DNA from: Halomicrobium mukohataei DSM 12286
GTDB taxonomy: Archaea > Halobacteriota > Halobacteria > Halobacteriales > Haloarculaceae
NCBI RefSeq assembly: GCF_000023965.1
Contig: NC_013202.1
Span: forward strand, 1,050,001-1,082,000
Direction: 5' to 3'
DNA length: 32,000 nucleotides
The position numbers and the translations under genes are program-made. A model generated the notes under the pieces. That model was not told the DNA's origin. It made no database searches and was given only the letters and a program-made list of their open reading frames with translations. Shown here piece by piece: positions 23,596-32,000 of this stretch (positions are counted from its first letter, which is position 1; each line of letters opens with the position of its first letter).

Positions 23596-26370
23596 TTACG
23601 CGTTCGCGACCTGCCGGAGGATCTCCGGCGCGTCCGCGAGGGCGTCGTCGAGCTTGTCGGCGTCGGGACCGCCACCCTGTGCGAAGTCCGACGGACCGCC
23701 GCCGCCGCCGCCGACGCGGCCGGCGAGTTCGCCGACGACCTCGCCGGCGTTGACCGCGACGCCGTCGGGAACGGCGACGACGAACTGCGCACCGCTGGCA
23801 CCGGAGCCGAGTACGGCGATCGAGCCCTGGTCGACGACGGCGTTGGCCTGGGCCCGGAGTTCGTCCATGTCGGCGTCGATGCGCTGGACGACGGCGGTCG
23901 TGTCGGCGACCTCGATCTCTTCGCTGTCCCCGCCGCCGCTGGCGCGGGCCTCCGCGAGCTGTTCCTTGAGGTCCTCGATCTCCTTGCCCCGCGCTTTCCA
24001 CTCGTCGAAAAAGCGTGCGGCGGTGTCGGGCACGTCCTCGGTGGCCACGTCGTAGAGCTCGGCGGTCTCGTAGAGGGCGTCCTCGATTTCGTGGGTGGCG
24101 TCGATAGCGGCATCGCCGGCGGCGAAGGTGAGTCGGATGACGCCGTCCTGGATGCGCTCGGTGTTCAGCAGCTTGATCGCCCCGATGTCGCCGGTCCGGC
24201 CGACGTGGGTGCCACCGCAGGCCTGCACGTCGTCGGCGACGTGGATCAGGCGGATCTGCTCGCCGGTCGGGATCCCGCCCTGGTAGAGGTCGAATCCGTG
24301 CGCTTTCTCGGCCTCGTGGCGATCTGGCCACTCCTGGGTGACGGCGGCGTTGTCCATCACGATCTCGTTGGCGCGGTGCTCGATCTCCTTGACCTGTTCG
24401 CGACTGATCGACTCGTAGTGGCGGATGTCGATCCGCGAGGAGTCGGTTCCCTTCTGTGCGCCGGCCTGGCGGACGTGCTCGCCCAGCACTTGCCGGGCGC
24501 TGTGGATGACGACGTGTGTCGCGGTGTGGTGGCGCATCAATCGACGGCGACGGGTGGCGTCGACCTGTCCGCGGACGAACTCTCCCGTTCCGGGGTCCTC
24601 GTCACAGGTGTGGACGATGACGCCGCCGTGGACCTGTACGTCGGTCACCTCGCCGGTGACGTCGTCGGTCGAGATGGTCCCGTGGTCCGGGGGCTGGCCC
24701 CCGCCTTCGGGGTAGAACATCGTCTGGTCGAGCACCACGTCGTAGTCGCCGTCCTCGCGGTCGAACACTTCGAGGACGACCGCCTCGAACTCCATGCGCT
24801 GCTGGTCCTCGTAGTAGAGCCGGTCGGTCTCTGGGAGTTCGTCGAGCCGTTTCTCGTGTGGGACCGTCGCGTCCTCCTCGAAGGCCTGGCCGCCGCCGTG
24901 GCGGTCGGCGACGAGTCCGTAGAAGTTGTCGGGTACGTCCACGTCGACGCCGCGCTCGGCGGCGATCTCCGCGACCATGTCCGGCTGGATGCCGTGGGAG
25001 TCGTACAGCTCGATCAGCTCTTGCACCGGAATCGGCTCGTCTTTCTCGGCGTAGTCGTCGGCCAGCTGGCGGACCTTCCGGCCGCCACGGTCCAGCGTCT
25101 CGCGGTACTTTTCGACTTCGGTCCGGACGATGTCGCGGATGGTGTCGCGGTTGTCGTAGCCCAGCCGGTCGGCCTGCATGTCGACGAGTTCGTCCAGGGG
25201 CGCGTCGACGCCGACCGTGTCGACGAGGCGCTTGGTGCGACGCAGCACCATCCGCGCGAGATAGCCCGTGCCGACGTTCGAGGGGACGATGCCGTCGCCG
25301 AGCATGTACGCGAGCGTCCGGGAGTGGTCGGCGATGGCGTAGATGTCTTCGAGGGGCTCCATCAGCTCGACGAGCCGCGCCGTCTCGACGCCCAGCTGCT
25401 CGGCCATGGTGTCGCGGGCCGCCTCGACGTCCTCGGCCTCGTCGATGTCCATGTGGCCGGCCAGCTTGGCCGCCCGGAAGACGATCTCGTCTTCCTCGTC
25501 GGTGTAGTCGAGCCCGGCGTTGTCCCGCAGGAACTCGATCATCTCGGGGTAGATCGCCTCGTAGACCGTCGGGGTCCCCTGGCTCATCCAGGTCCAGCGT
25601 TCGATCCCGTACCCCGTGTCGACGACCCGGCGGTCCATCTCCGAGTAGCTGTTGCCGTCTTTCATCTCGTAGTCGCCGTCGGGGTCCTGCTCGAACTGCA
25701 TGAACACGAGCGTCGCCAGCTCCAGGCCCTGGTAGATCACCTCGAAACACGGCCCGGCGTTGCCGCCGCCCACCCACACGTCCTCGATGAGGGTCAGCTC
25801 GCTGCTGTCGACGCCGAGTTCCTCGAACAGCTCGACGCAGTACTGGACGGTCTCTTCCTTCCAGTACACCTCGCCCTCGTAGGCGTAGCCCGCCCCCTCG
25901 TCGGCGTTGAACGCGTGGTGGCCGCCCATCTCGAAGGCCATCGTGTGACGCCCGGTCTTGCCGACGTTGTCGATGTCCTGCATCCGGATGCAGGGCTGGG
26001 AGACCACGAGCGGGTTCGACGGCGGCGGCGACTGGCCCGTCGTGACGTGGGGCTGGAAGTCGTAGATCGACGCCTGCGTCAACAGTACGTCGTCGCGCCA
26101 GCGGTTGGCGGCGACGGGATAGGGGTCGACCCGCCCGTGGTCGCGCTCTTCGAAGAAGGAGAGAAACGTCTCGCGCATCTCTTCGAGCGAGAGCGTCTCC
26201 TCGAAGCCGGGGTCGTCGATGAAGCCGTACTCGGCACAGGGCGGCTCACCGCAGGTCTCGCGGGAGGCGTCGCGCGTCCAGAAGTGATCGCCACACGTCC
26301 CACACGTCAGCCGCTCGAACCCCTCCTTCTCGAAGTAGTCGAGTCGATATTCGTCGGCGAGGTCGCTCAT
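23596..26370 (-). CDS. alaS: alanine--tRNA ligase
   Basis: 924 aa with the class II AlaRS core, the editing domain ([14 protein letters not shown]) and a C-terminal DHHA1-like region. I chose the ATG at 26370 ([13 protein letters not shown]). Confidence 0.95.
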   Translation of the reverse strand: MSDLADEYRLDYFEKEGFERLTCGTCGDHFWTRDASRETCGEPPCAEYGFIDDPGFEETLSLEEMRETFLSFFEERDHGRVDPYPVAANRWRDDVLLTQASIYDFQPHVTTGQSPPPSNPLVVSQPCIRMQDIDNVGKTGRHTMAFEMGGHHAFNADEGAGYAYEGEVYWKEETVQYCVELFEELGVDSSELTLIEDVWVGGGNAGPCFEVIYQGLELATLVFMQFEQDPDGDYEMKDGNSYSEMDRRVVDTGYGIERWTWMSQGTPTVYEAIYPEMIEFLRDNAGLDYTDEEDEIVFRAAKLAGHMDIDEAEDVEAARDTMAEQLGVETARLVELMEPLEDIYAIADHSRTLAYMLGDGIVPSNVGTGYLARMVLRRTKRLVDTVGVDAPLDELVDMQADRLGYDNRDTIRDIVRTEVEKYRETLDRGGRKVRQLADDYAEKDEPIPVQELIELYDSHGIQPDMVAEIAAERGVDVDVPDNFYGLVADRHGGGQAFEEDATVPHEKRLDELPETDRLYYEDQQRMEFEAVVLEVFDREDGDYDVVLDQTMFYPEGGGQPPDHGTISTDDVTGEVTDVQVHGGVIVHTCDEDPGTGEFVRGQVDATRRRRLMRHHTATHVVIHSARQVLGEHVRQAGAQKGTDSSRIDIRHYESISREQVKEIEHRANEIVMDNAAVTQEWPDRHEAEKAHGFDLYQGGIPTGEQIRLIHVADDVQACGGTHVGRTGDIGAIKLLNTERIQDGVIRLTFAAGDAAIDATHEIEDALYETAELYDVATEDVPDTAARFFDEWKARGKEIEDLKEQLAEARASGGGDSEEIEVADTTAVVQRIDADMDELRAQANAVVDQGSIAVLGSGASGAQFVVAVPDGVAVNAGEVVGELAGRVGGGGGGPSDFAQGGGPDADKLDDALADAPEILRQVANA

Positions 26371-26537
26371 TGGGATACTGTTGGCCCAGCAGCGGGTAAA
26401 ACAGTTCCGAAGGCTCAATCCGTGGCAGCCGGCGTGACGCGCCGTCTGCCGACGCCGGTGTTAAGCGTTGCCCGGTCGTGCCAGACGCGCCACGACCACC
26501 ACACGAGTTTTATCTCCCCCTTCGATTCTCCGGCCGC

Positions 26538-27011
26538 ATGTCAACAGAAAACGTCGACGCGCAGCGAACCGCGACCGGGACCGCCGACTGGAAGGCCGGC
26601 GTCCTCGGTGGCATCGCTGGCGCGCTCGCGATGGGTGTACTGGTGCTGGTGATGAACGACGCGACGCTCGCCGTCGCGATTCCGTCGCTGTACGGCCTCG
26701 CGCCGCCGCCCAACCCCGGTCTCGGGATGGTCGTCCACGTCTCTCACGGGGCCGTGCTGGGCCTCGGCTTCGCCGCGCTCGCACAGGCACTCGACGTGCG
26801 AGAGACGAACCGTCTCGTGGGACTCGGCCTCGGCTGGGGCGTGCTCACATGGGTCGGACTGGCCGCGCTGGTGATGCCGGTCTGGCTGAGCGTCGTCGGG
26901 TCGCCGGCCTCGCCGCCGTTCCCGAACTTCGCGCCGCCGTCGCTGCTGTGGCACGCCGTCTACGGGCTGGTGCTGGGCGTCGTCGCGGCCGCACTGCGAA
27001 CCCGGCTCTGA
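26538..27011 (+). CDS. hypothetical 4-TM membrane protein
   Basis: I chose the ATG at 26538 (MSTENVDAQ...). Four hydrophobic segments. No family recognised. Confidence 0.55.
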   Translation: MSTENVDAQRTATGTADWKAGVLGGIAGALAMGVLVLVMNDATLAVAIPSLYGLAPPPNPGLGMVVHVSHGAVLGLGFAALAQALDVRETNRLVGLGLGWGVLTWVGLAALVMPVWLSVVGSPASPPFPNFAPPSLLWHAVYGLVLGVVAAALRTRL

Positions 27012-27980
27012 TCAGTCGTCAAGGCTCAGCGACGCCAGCATCGCCTCCAGCTGGATTCGCTCGTTCGCGCCCTCGGTGATCCGGTAGTCCGTCTCGCCGA
27101 CCCGGTCGAGGATGCGCACGGCCTGCTCGTCCGGCACGTCGAACTCCCAGATCGAGCGGTGGAGCTGGTCGATGATGTCGCCACCGGCGATCCCCTCGTC
27201 GGTGATGAGATCGTCGAGCTGGGAGCGTGCGGCCGTGAAGTCGCCGTCGATGGCGTCCTGTACCATCCCCTGAATCACCTCGGGGCGGGCCGTCGAGGTG
27301 ATCGCGAAGACCGCTTCCTCGTCGACAACGTCGCCGGAGACCGACGCCGCCTGCAGCCCGTTGATCGCCTTGCGCATGTCGCCCCCGGCGGCGTAGACCA
27401 GCGCGTCGACGCCGTCGTCGGTGAGCTCGATCCCCTCCTCGTCGGCGATGTGGCGGATCTCCGCCTCGACGGCCTCGTCGCCAAGCGGTGAGAAGCGAAA
27501 GACGGCACACCGCGACTGGATGGGGTCGATGATCTGGCTGGAGTAATTGCAGGACATGATGAAGCGGACGTTGTTCGAGAACTGCTCCATCGTCCGGCGG
27601 AGTGCTGACTGGGCGTCAGAAGTAAGCGCGTCGGCCTCATCAAGGAATATTATTCGGTAGTCGACACCGCCGAAAGAAGTCCGTGCGAAGCTCTTGATCC
27701 GGTCTCGGACCACGTCGATCCCGCGCTCGTCGGAGGCGTTCAGTTCGAGGAAGTGCTCTTGCCAGTCGTCGCCGTACAGTTCCCGGGCGATGGCGGTCGC
27801 GCTCGTGGTCTTCCCGGTTCCGGCCGGTCCTGCGAACAACATGTGACTCAGGTCGTTTCGATCGACGTAGCTCTGCAGGCGCTCGACGATCGTCTCGTGG
27901 CCCACCACGTCCGAAAGCGTCTGCGGGCGGTACTTCTCGATCCAGACTTCTTCCCGGCCCGAACGCTCGACCTCGCTCAT
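27012..27980 (-). CDS. rfcS: replication factor C small subunit
   Basis: WIEKYRP, the Walker [10 protein letters not shown], the DEAD-type FLDEADALT and the SRC motif SRCAVFRF are present. No intein. Confidence 0.9.
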   Translation of the reverse strand: MSEVERSGREEVWIEKYRPQTLSDVVGHETIVERLQSYVDRNDLSHMLFAGPAGTGKTTSATAIARELYGDDWQEHFLELNASDERGIDVVRDRIKSFARTSFGGVDYRIIFLDEADALTSDAQSALRRTMEQFSNNVRFIMSCNYSSQIIDPIQSRCAVFRFSPLGDEAVEAEIRHIADEEGIELTDDGVDALVYAAGGDMRKAINGLQAASVSGDVVDEEAVFAITSTARPEVIQGMVQDAIDGDFTAARSQLDDLITDEGIAGGDIIDQLHRSIWEFDVPDEQAVRILDRVGETDYRITEGANERIQLEAMLASLSLDD

Positions 27981-28035
27981 GGGAGAGTGGAGGGCGGGGC
28001 CGGCCTTAACTGGTTTGAAACTGCGAGGTCGCTGG

Positions 28036-28776
28036 CTACGCTGTGTTGACGCCGACGGTCAACAGCGTTCCGTACTCGCGGTATCGCTCGACCATCGCCT
28101 CGCGCGTCTCCCAGTCCTCGGTCGGGAAGTCGCTCTCGGCGGGGATCTCCGTCTCCGTGTCGGGGATCCGGTCCTGGCTCGCGACGGCGAAGCCGGCCTC
28201 GCGGAACGCCTCGCGGTACTGGGCCTCGCTCCACAGCAACATCGGCACGCCGACCAGCTCCTCCCACTCGTGGGAGTGGACGTGCTCCTCCCAGCGATTC
28301 ACGGCGCAGTAGAAGGTGCCGCCGGGACGCAGGACTCGGCGGAGTTCGGCGAGCACGGCGTGTGGGTCCTGTGCGTAGTAGAACGCCTCCATCGAGAAGC
28401 AGTGGTCGATGCTGTCGTCGTCGAAGGGCAGATGCTCGAAGTCACCGATAGCGAAGCCGACCCGCGGGTCGTCGGTGTAGGAACTGGCGTTGTGGGCCAT
28501 CTCCGGGGCGGCGTCGATGCCGTAGACGCGGCCCGCGCCCTTCGTCTCGCGCAGGGCGCGGCCGGCGTAGCCGCTGCCACAGCCCAGGTCGAGGACGGTG
28601 TCGCCCTCGTCTCGCGGGTCGCTTCGCTCCTCGCTCGACTGTTCCGAGTCGCTGCGCGCCTCGCTCTCGACGGGCATTCGAGCCAGCACGTGCTTGGCCG
28701 TGTGCCAGTGGCGTCGTTCCATGCCCTGATCCTTGCCCGAGCGGGCCCACTCGTCGAAGGCGTCGCTGACGCTCAT
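28036..28776 (-). CDS. class I SAM-dependent methyltransferase
   Basis: [12 protein letters not shown] is motif I, in a Methyltransf_11-like layout. I prefer the ATG at 28776. The upstream start at 28803 is possible. Confidence 0.75.
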   Translation of the reverse strand: MSVSDAFDEWARSGKDQGMERRHWHTAKHVLARMPVESEARSDSEQSSEERSDPRDEGDTVLDLGCGSGYAGRALRETKGAGRVYGIDAAPEMAHNASSYTDDPRVGFAIGDFEHLPFDDDSIDHCFSMEAFYYAQDPHAVLAELRRVLRPGGTFYCAVNRWEEHVHSHEWEELVGVPMLLWSEAQYREAFREAGFAVASQDRIPDTETEIPAESDFPTEDWETREAMVERYREYGTLLTVGVNTA

Positions 28777-28862
28777 AGGCGATCGAACGCGGGGACGGGA
28801 CAAAACCGGTTCGGAAGATCGTGACCGAAACCCTCATTTTCTGTGTCTCTGTGGGAGAAATT

Positions 28863-29297
28863 ATGGCTGTCGAGCCCCCCGTTCTGGCCCTCCTCCCGAC
28901 CGACCTGTCACTGGCGCTCGTGGCCGCGCTCGGACTCGCCCCTCCTCTCTGTCTGGTGGCGTTGCTCGGCTACTGGCTCTATCGCGACGCCGAGGCCCAC
29001 GGCACCCGCGCTCCGATCCTGCTGGTGCCCCTGGCCCTGTTCGCGCCGTTCGGACCGCTGCTCTATCTGTACGCTCGGCGCGACTGGGAACGAACTCGCA
29101 CGAAGACCGAGCGAGATCGCCGCGTCGAGACGGTGCTCGTCGCCCTCGGTACGGCGTTTGTCCTCGGCATGATACTGACGCCGCCGGACCCGGTCACACA
29201 GGCCATCGCACTGCCGGTGCTCACGCTCGTGGCGCTCCCGGTCGCTTACTTTTTCGTCTACCGCGACGGCTGGGCGCGCGTCCGGAGCGCGCTGTAG
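28863..29297 (+). CDS. hypothetical membrane protein
   Basis: I chose the ATG at 28863 (MAVEPPVL...). Four hydrophobic segments. The YWLYRDAEAHG...PFGPLLYLYARR region is reminiscent of PLD-N-terminal-like small membrane domains (weak). Confidence 0.5.
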   Translation: MAVEPPVLALLPTDLSLALVAALGLAPPLCLVALLGYWLYRDAEAHGTRAPILLVPLALFAPFGPLLYLYARRDWERTRTKTERDRRVETVLVALGTAFVLGMILTPPDPVTQAIALPVLTLVALPVAYFFVYRDGWARVRSAL

Positions 29298-29346
29298 CCC
29301 GTGTGAAACGCCGGGGGTTTTTCCTGTCCCAGATCGGAGAGCACGT

Positions 29347-29787
29347 ATGGCACGGCCACCGCGGTATCGCATCGCCGACAGCGCTCAGCAACTGGTCGGT
29401 GGCTTCCTGCTGGCGGGTCCGTTCGTCGTCACCGAGGAGGTGTGGGTGCTGGCGGCCAACATGACCTACGCACACGCCCTCCTCGTCGTCGCCATCGTCT
29501 TCGCGATCGGCTACGGTGCGCTGTACAAGGCCGACGACGACCGCGATCCCGACACCGAGGCGGAGGTCGCCGGTGTTCCGATCCGGTTCGTCTCGCTGAT
29601 GGGCGTGTCCTTTGGCTCCGTGGCGATTCTGGCACTCGCGCTCACCGCACCCCAGACGTTCCTCGTCGAGGCGGAGATCCTCCCAGATCCGACCCGGATG
29701 GCGGTCGCCAGGACGACGGTGAAGGCGATCTCCGTCGGCGCGATCTTCAGCGTCGTCGGGGCCGCGACCGCCGACAGCGTCTTCTGA
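29347..29787 (+). CDS. DUF2391-like integral membrane protein
   Basis: QQLVGGFLLAGPFVVTEEVW is followed by three TM helices. The family assignment is from memory. Confidence 0.55.
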   Translation: MARPPRYRIADSAQQLVGGFLLAGPFVVTEEVWVLAANMTYAHALLVVAIVFAIGYGALYKADDDRDPDTEAEVAGVPIRFVSLMGVSFGSVAILALALTAPQTFLVEAEILPDPTRMAVARTTVKAISVGAIFSVVGAATADSVF

Positions 29788-29894
29788 CGGCTCTCTGAAC
29801 GCCCGTCCGTCCCCCGACCGCGTCCGGGGTGCTCACACATCCCGACGAAAAGCGACCGATACTCTAAAGCGCGCCGGGCACACTTTGGGACCAC

Positions 29895-30473
29895 ATGGAG
29901 TATTCCCTCGCCATCGAGAACACGCCCGAGTCGATCCCGGGCGGGACGGGCGTCCTCTTGTTGCATCCGAGCACCGGCGAGACGGACCGACTGGACACGG
30001 ACTTTCTCAGTACCGACACCGACCACCTGCTGGTCGTCTCGACGCGGACGACGGCTCGCGAGGTCGAACAGAAGCTGGAGTACTACGAGGTCGACGAGGA
30101 CCGGGCGACGATCCTCGATACGCTGTCGGTCGAACGGGGCTACACGCGCCGCAAGTCCGACAACGTCCAGTACGTCTCCGCGCCGGACGACTGGGCGGCC
30201 ATCGTCGAGCAGACCGAGCAGTTCCTCGCGGACCACGAGGGCAAGCGGCGGGTGACCTTCGACTCCGTGACGGAACTGATCTACTACGCCGACGAGGACC
30301 AGGCCGTCGAGGCGCTCGGCCAGCTGCTCGACCTGCTCGCCGAGTACGACGCCGTCGGGCTGTTCCACCTCGCCCGCGGCGTCCACGACGACGAGACGCT
30401 CGACCGCTTCCGGGAGCTGTTCGACGGCGTCGTCGAACTCGACGAGGACGGCTCGATCACCAGCCAGTTCTGA
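29895..30473 (+). CDS. hypothetical acidic protein (possibly a KaiC/RecA-like fold without a P-loop)
   Basis: 192 aa with alternating beta-alpha character (LLLHPSTG.., LLVVSTR.., RVTFDSVTELIYY, GLFHLARG). No Walker A motif is seen. The stop TGA is the first triplet of the family 2 element. Confidence 0.6.
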   Translation: MEYSLAIENTPESIPGGTGVLLLHPSTGETDRLDTDFLSTDTDHLLVVSTRTTAREVEQKLEYYEVDEDRATILDTLSVERGYTRRKSDNVQYVSAPDDWAAIVEQTEQFLADHEGKRRVTFDSVTELIYYADEDQAVEALGQLLDLLAEYDAVGLFHLARGVHDDETLDRFRELFDGVVELDEDGSITSQF

Positions 30474-30556
30474 TACGAACGGTTGTAGGCGTTTACCCAG
30501 TCGACCGCACGACGGCGTGCGGTCGATCTGGTAAAGACCTACAACTTTCCGTATGA
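30471..30556. repeat. palindromic element, family 2, copy A (86 bp)
   Basis: TGATACGAACGGTTGTAGGCGTTTACCCAG-TCGACCGCAC-GACGGC-GTGCGGTCGA-TCTGGTAAAGACCTACAACTTTCCGTATGA. The core stem is a perfect 10 bp, and the arms are 31/40 complementary overall. Confidence 0.8.
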
Positions 30557-30650
30557 GACGGCCCGGCCGTCGCCGTCAACGCCGAACCGCGACCGCGCTC
30601 GCATCGAGGAACGAACCATTAAGAGGCCAGATTTCCTTGTTGAGAGACGT

Positions 30651-30809
30651 ATGCCGGAATGCCAGAACTGCGGTAACTTCGTGACGGCTGACTACGCACG
30701 GGTCTTCACACCCAACGGGGTCGATGCACCGCGGGTCTGTCCGCAGTGCGAGGACAAGATTCGCGACGGCGCGGGCGTTCGGGAAGCCCGGTCGACACGC
30801 CGCGGATAG
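30651..30809 (+). CDS. small CPxCG-type zinc-finger protein (52 aa): MPECQNCGNFVTADYARVFTPNGVDAPRVCPQCEDKIRDGAGVREARSTRRG
   Basis: Not in the ORF track (under 60 aa). It has two CxxC knuckles (CQNCG, CPQCE) and G/C-biased third positions. It resembles the small zinc-finger proteins common in haloarchaea. Confidence 0.6.
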   Translation: MPECQNCGNFVTADYARVFTPNGVDAPRVCPQCEDKIRDGAGVREARSTRRG

Positions 30810-30923
30810 TCTCCGATCGTCGCGCGGTATGACAGACACGCGAACGCTGCGGTTTCTCTCGTCGCACGTCGTGCTACAGTCGAGCGCGCGTAGCGAGCGC
30901 TCGGTCGGGGAGTCCCGCCGGTC

Positions 30924-32000
30924 TCACTCGCGGGCCCCGGCGACGGCGTCGCGTGCGATCTCGAAGGCGTCCCTCGCCCGCTCCTCGTCTCGTGCCTCGG
31001 CGGTGATCCGGACCAGCGGCTGGGTCCCGCTGGCCCGGACCAGGAACCACGCGTCCCCGAGGTCGACCCGAACGCCGTCGAGCGTCGCCACGTCGTCGTA
31101 CTCGGCCGTGATCCGGTCGGCCAGGCGATCCACGACGGCGCGCTTGTCCTCGACGGCGATACTCTCGCGGCGGATCGGATAGTCGGGCACCGCGGCGACG
31201 CGTTCCCGAAGCGGCTCCTCGGCGTGGAGCGCCACGAGCCGGCAGGCCGCGAGGGGGCCATCGGGACACAGCGTCTGGTCTGGCCAGATCCAGGCCCCGC
31301 TGGGCTCGCCGCCGAAGGCGACGCCCGGCCGGCTCGCTCGCTCGGCCACGTACACGTCGCCGACGGGCGTGTACGTCACCGCCACGTCGGCCTCTGCGAG
31401 GAAGTCCGCGACCGCGAGGCTCGTGTCGACCGGCACCGCGACGGTGTCGCCGGGCGACGCCGCTTCGCGGGCGAAGACGGCCAGCAGTTCGTCTCCGGAG
31501 ACGAAGCTTCCGTCGGCCGTCGCCGCCCGAAGGCGGTCGGCGTCGCCGTCGTGTGCCACGCCGAGTTCGGCGTCCGTGTTCGCGACCAGCGCCGACAGGG
31601 ACGCGCAGTTGTCCGCGGTCGGTTCGCTGGGACGGCCCGGAAACGAGCCGTCCGGCTGGGCGTTCAGCGTCTCGACCGCACAGCCCAGCTCCTGGAGCGC
31701 GTCGACGCTCACGCCGCCCGCGCCGTTACCGAGATCGACGGCCACCGGCGGTGCGTCCGCCGGAGCGAGCGAGACGGCGTCCGCGATCGTCCGCGCGTGG
31801 CGCTCGCGGCCGTCCCACGTCGTCCGCGTGCCGAGCTCGTCCCACGCTTCCAGATCGGCGACGCCGTCGCGGACCCGCTCGGCGATCCGCTCCCGGCCGG
31901 CCTCGTCGAACGCCTGCCCGGAGGGCTGCCAGAGCTTGATCCCGTTGTCTGGCGCGGGGTTGTGCGAGGCCGTGATCGCCGCCCCGGCGTCGGCGTCGCG
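30924..32000 (-). CDS. phosphoglucosamine mutase / phosphomannomutase family protein (5' end outside the window)
   Basis: The frame stays open to the right edge. ITASHNPAPDNGIKL (active-site Ser loop) is encoded at about 31930-31976. DGDADR is the metal loop and GGEPSG the sugar loop. The track start at 31745 is an internal GTG. Confidence 0.85.
   Translation of the reverse strand, partial: RDADAGAAITASHNPAPDNGIKLWQPSGQAFDEAGRERIAERVRDGVADLEAWDELGTRTTWDGRERHARTIADAVSLAPADAPPVAVDLGNGAGGVSVDALQELGCAVETLNAQPDGSFPGRPSEPTADNCASLSALVANTDAELGVAHDGDADRLRAATADGSFVSGDELLAVFAREAASPGDTVAVPVDTSLAVADFLAEADVAVTYTPVGDVYVAERASRPGVAFGGEPSGAWIWPDQTLCPDGPLAACRLVALHAEEPLRERVAAVPDYPIRRESIAVEDKRAVVDRLADRITAEYDDVATLDGVRVDLGDAWFLVRASGTQPLVRITAEARDEERARDAFEIARDAVAGARE

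Noticed and set aside
22237-26652. 1471-aa ORF on the plus strand
   Set aside because: It runs antisense across the alpha/beta hydrolase, DUF4013-like and alaS genes. It is Arg/Gly/Val/Asp-rich with no recognisable motifs. This is a typical stop-free antisense frame in high-GC DNA, and alaS on the opposite strand is unambiguous.

Overview
High-GC (about 65-70% by eye) chromosomal segment from a haloarchaeon (class Halobacteria). Predicted proteins are strongly acidic, several genes have TATA-like boxes 25-30 nt upstream of the start codon, and archaeal markers are present (CDP-archaeol synthase, RFC small subunit, CTP-type riboflavin kinase). Most of the window is housekeeping: metX (partial), panE, a flippase-like/sulfatase-fold gene pair, a hemC-cobA-hemD operon, carS, proline dehydrogenase, a DUF502 protein, ilvE, ribB-ribK, a PHP phosphoesterase, a cupin, a glutaryl-CoA-dehydrogenase-like acyl-CoA dehydrogenase, a class I glutamine amidotransferase, alaS, rfcS, a SAM methyltransferase and a phosphohexomutase (partial). 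Three kinds of accessory structure sit on top of this. (1) A 1.4-kb AT-rich cassette (12290-13708) encodes a Tat-secreted, Cys-rich halocin C8-type precursor and a small 3-TM protein. It is inserted into the 3' end of ribB and leaves a diverged ribB 3' remnant at its far border. (2) A 1.8-kb insertion (17820-19614) encodes a secreted protein with thrombospondin-type-3 calcium-binding repeats and a metzincin-like domain. It is flanked by 118-bp direct repeats that duplicate the 3' end of the acyl-CoA dehydrogenase gene. (3) Two families of ~85-bp palindromic (MITE/REP-like) elements occur in two copies each. Every copy sits on a gene end and supplies the stop codon, and the two families share a core hairpin with compensatory base changes. 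I found no rRNA, tRNA, CRISPR array, integrase or transposase gene. Many long ORFs in the six-frame track are antisense or out-of-frame artefacts typical of high-GC DNA.
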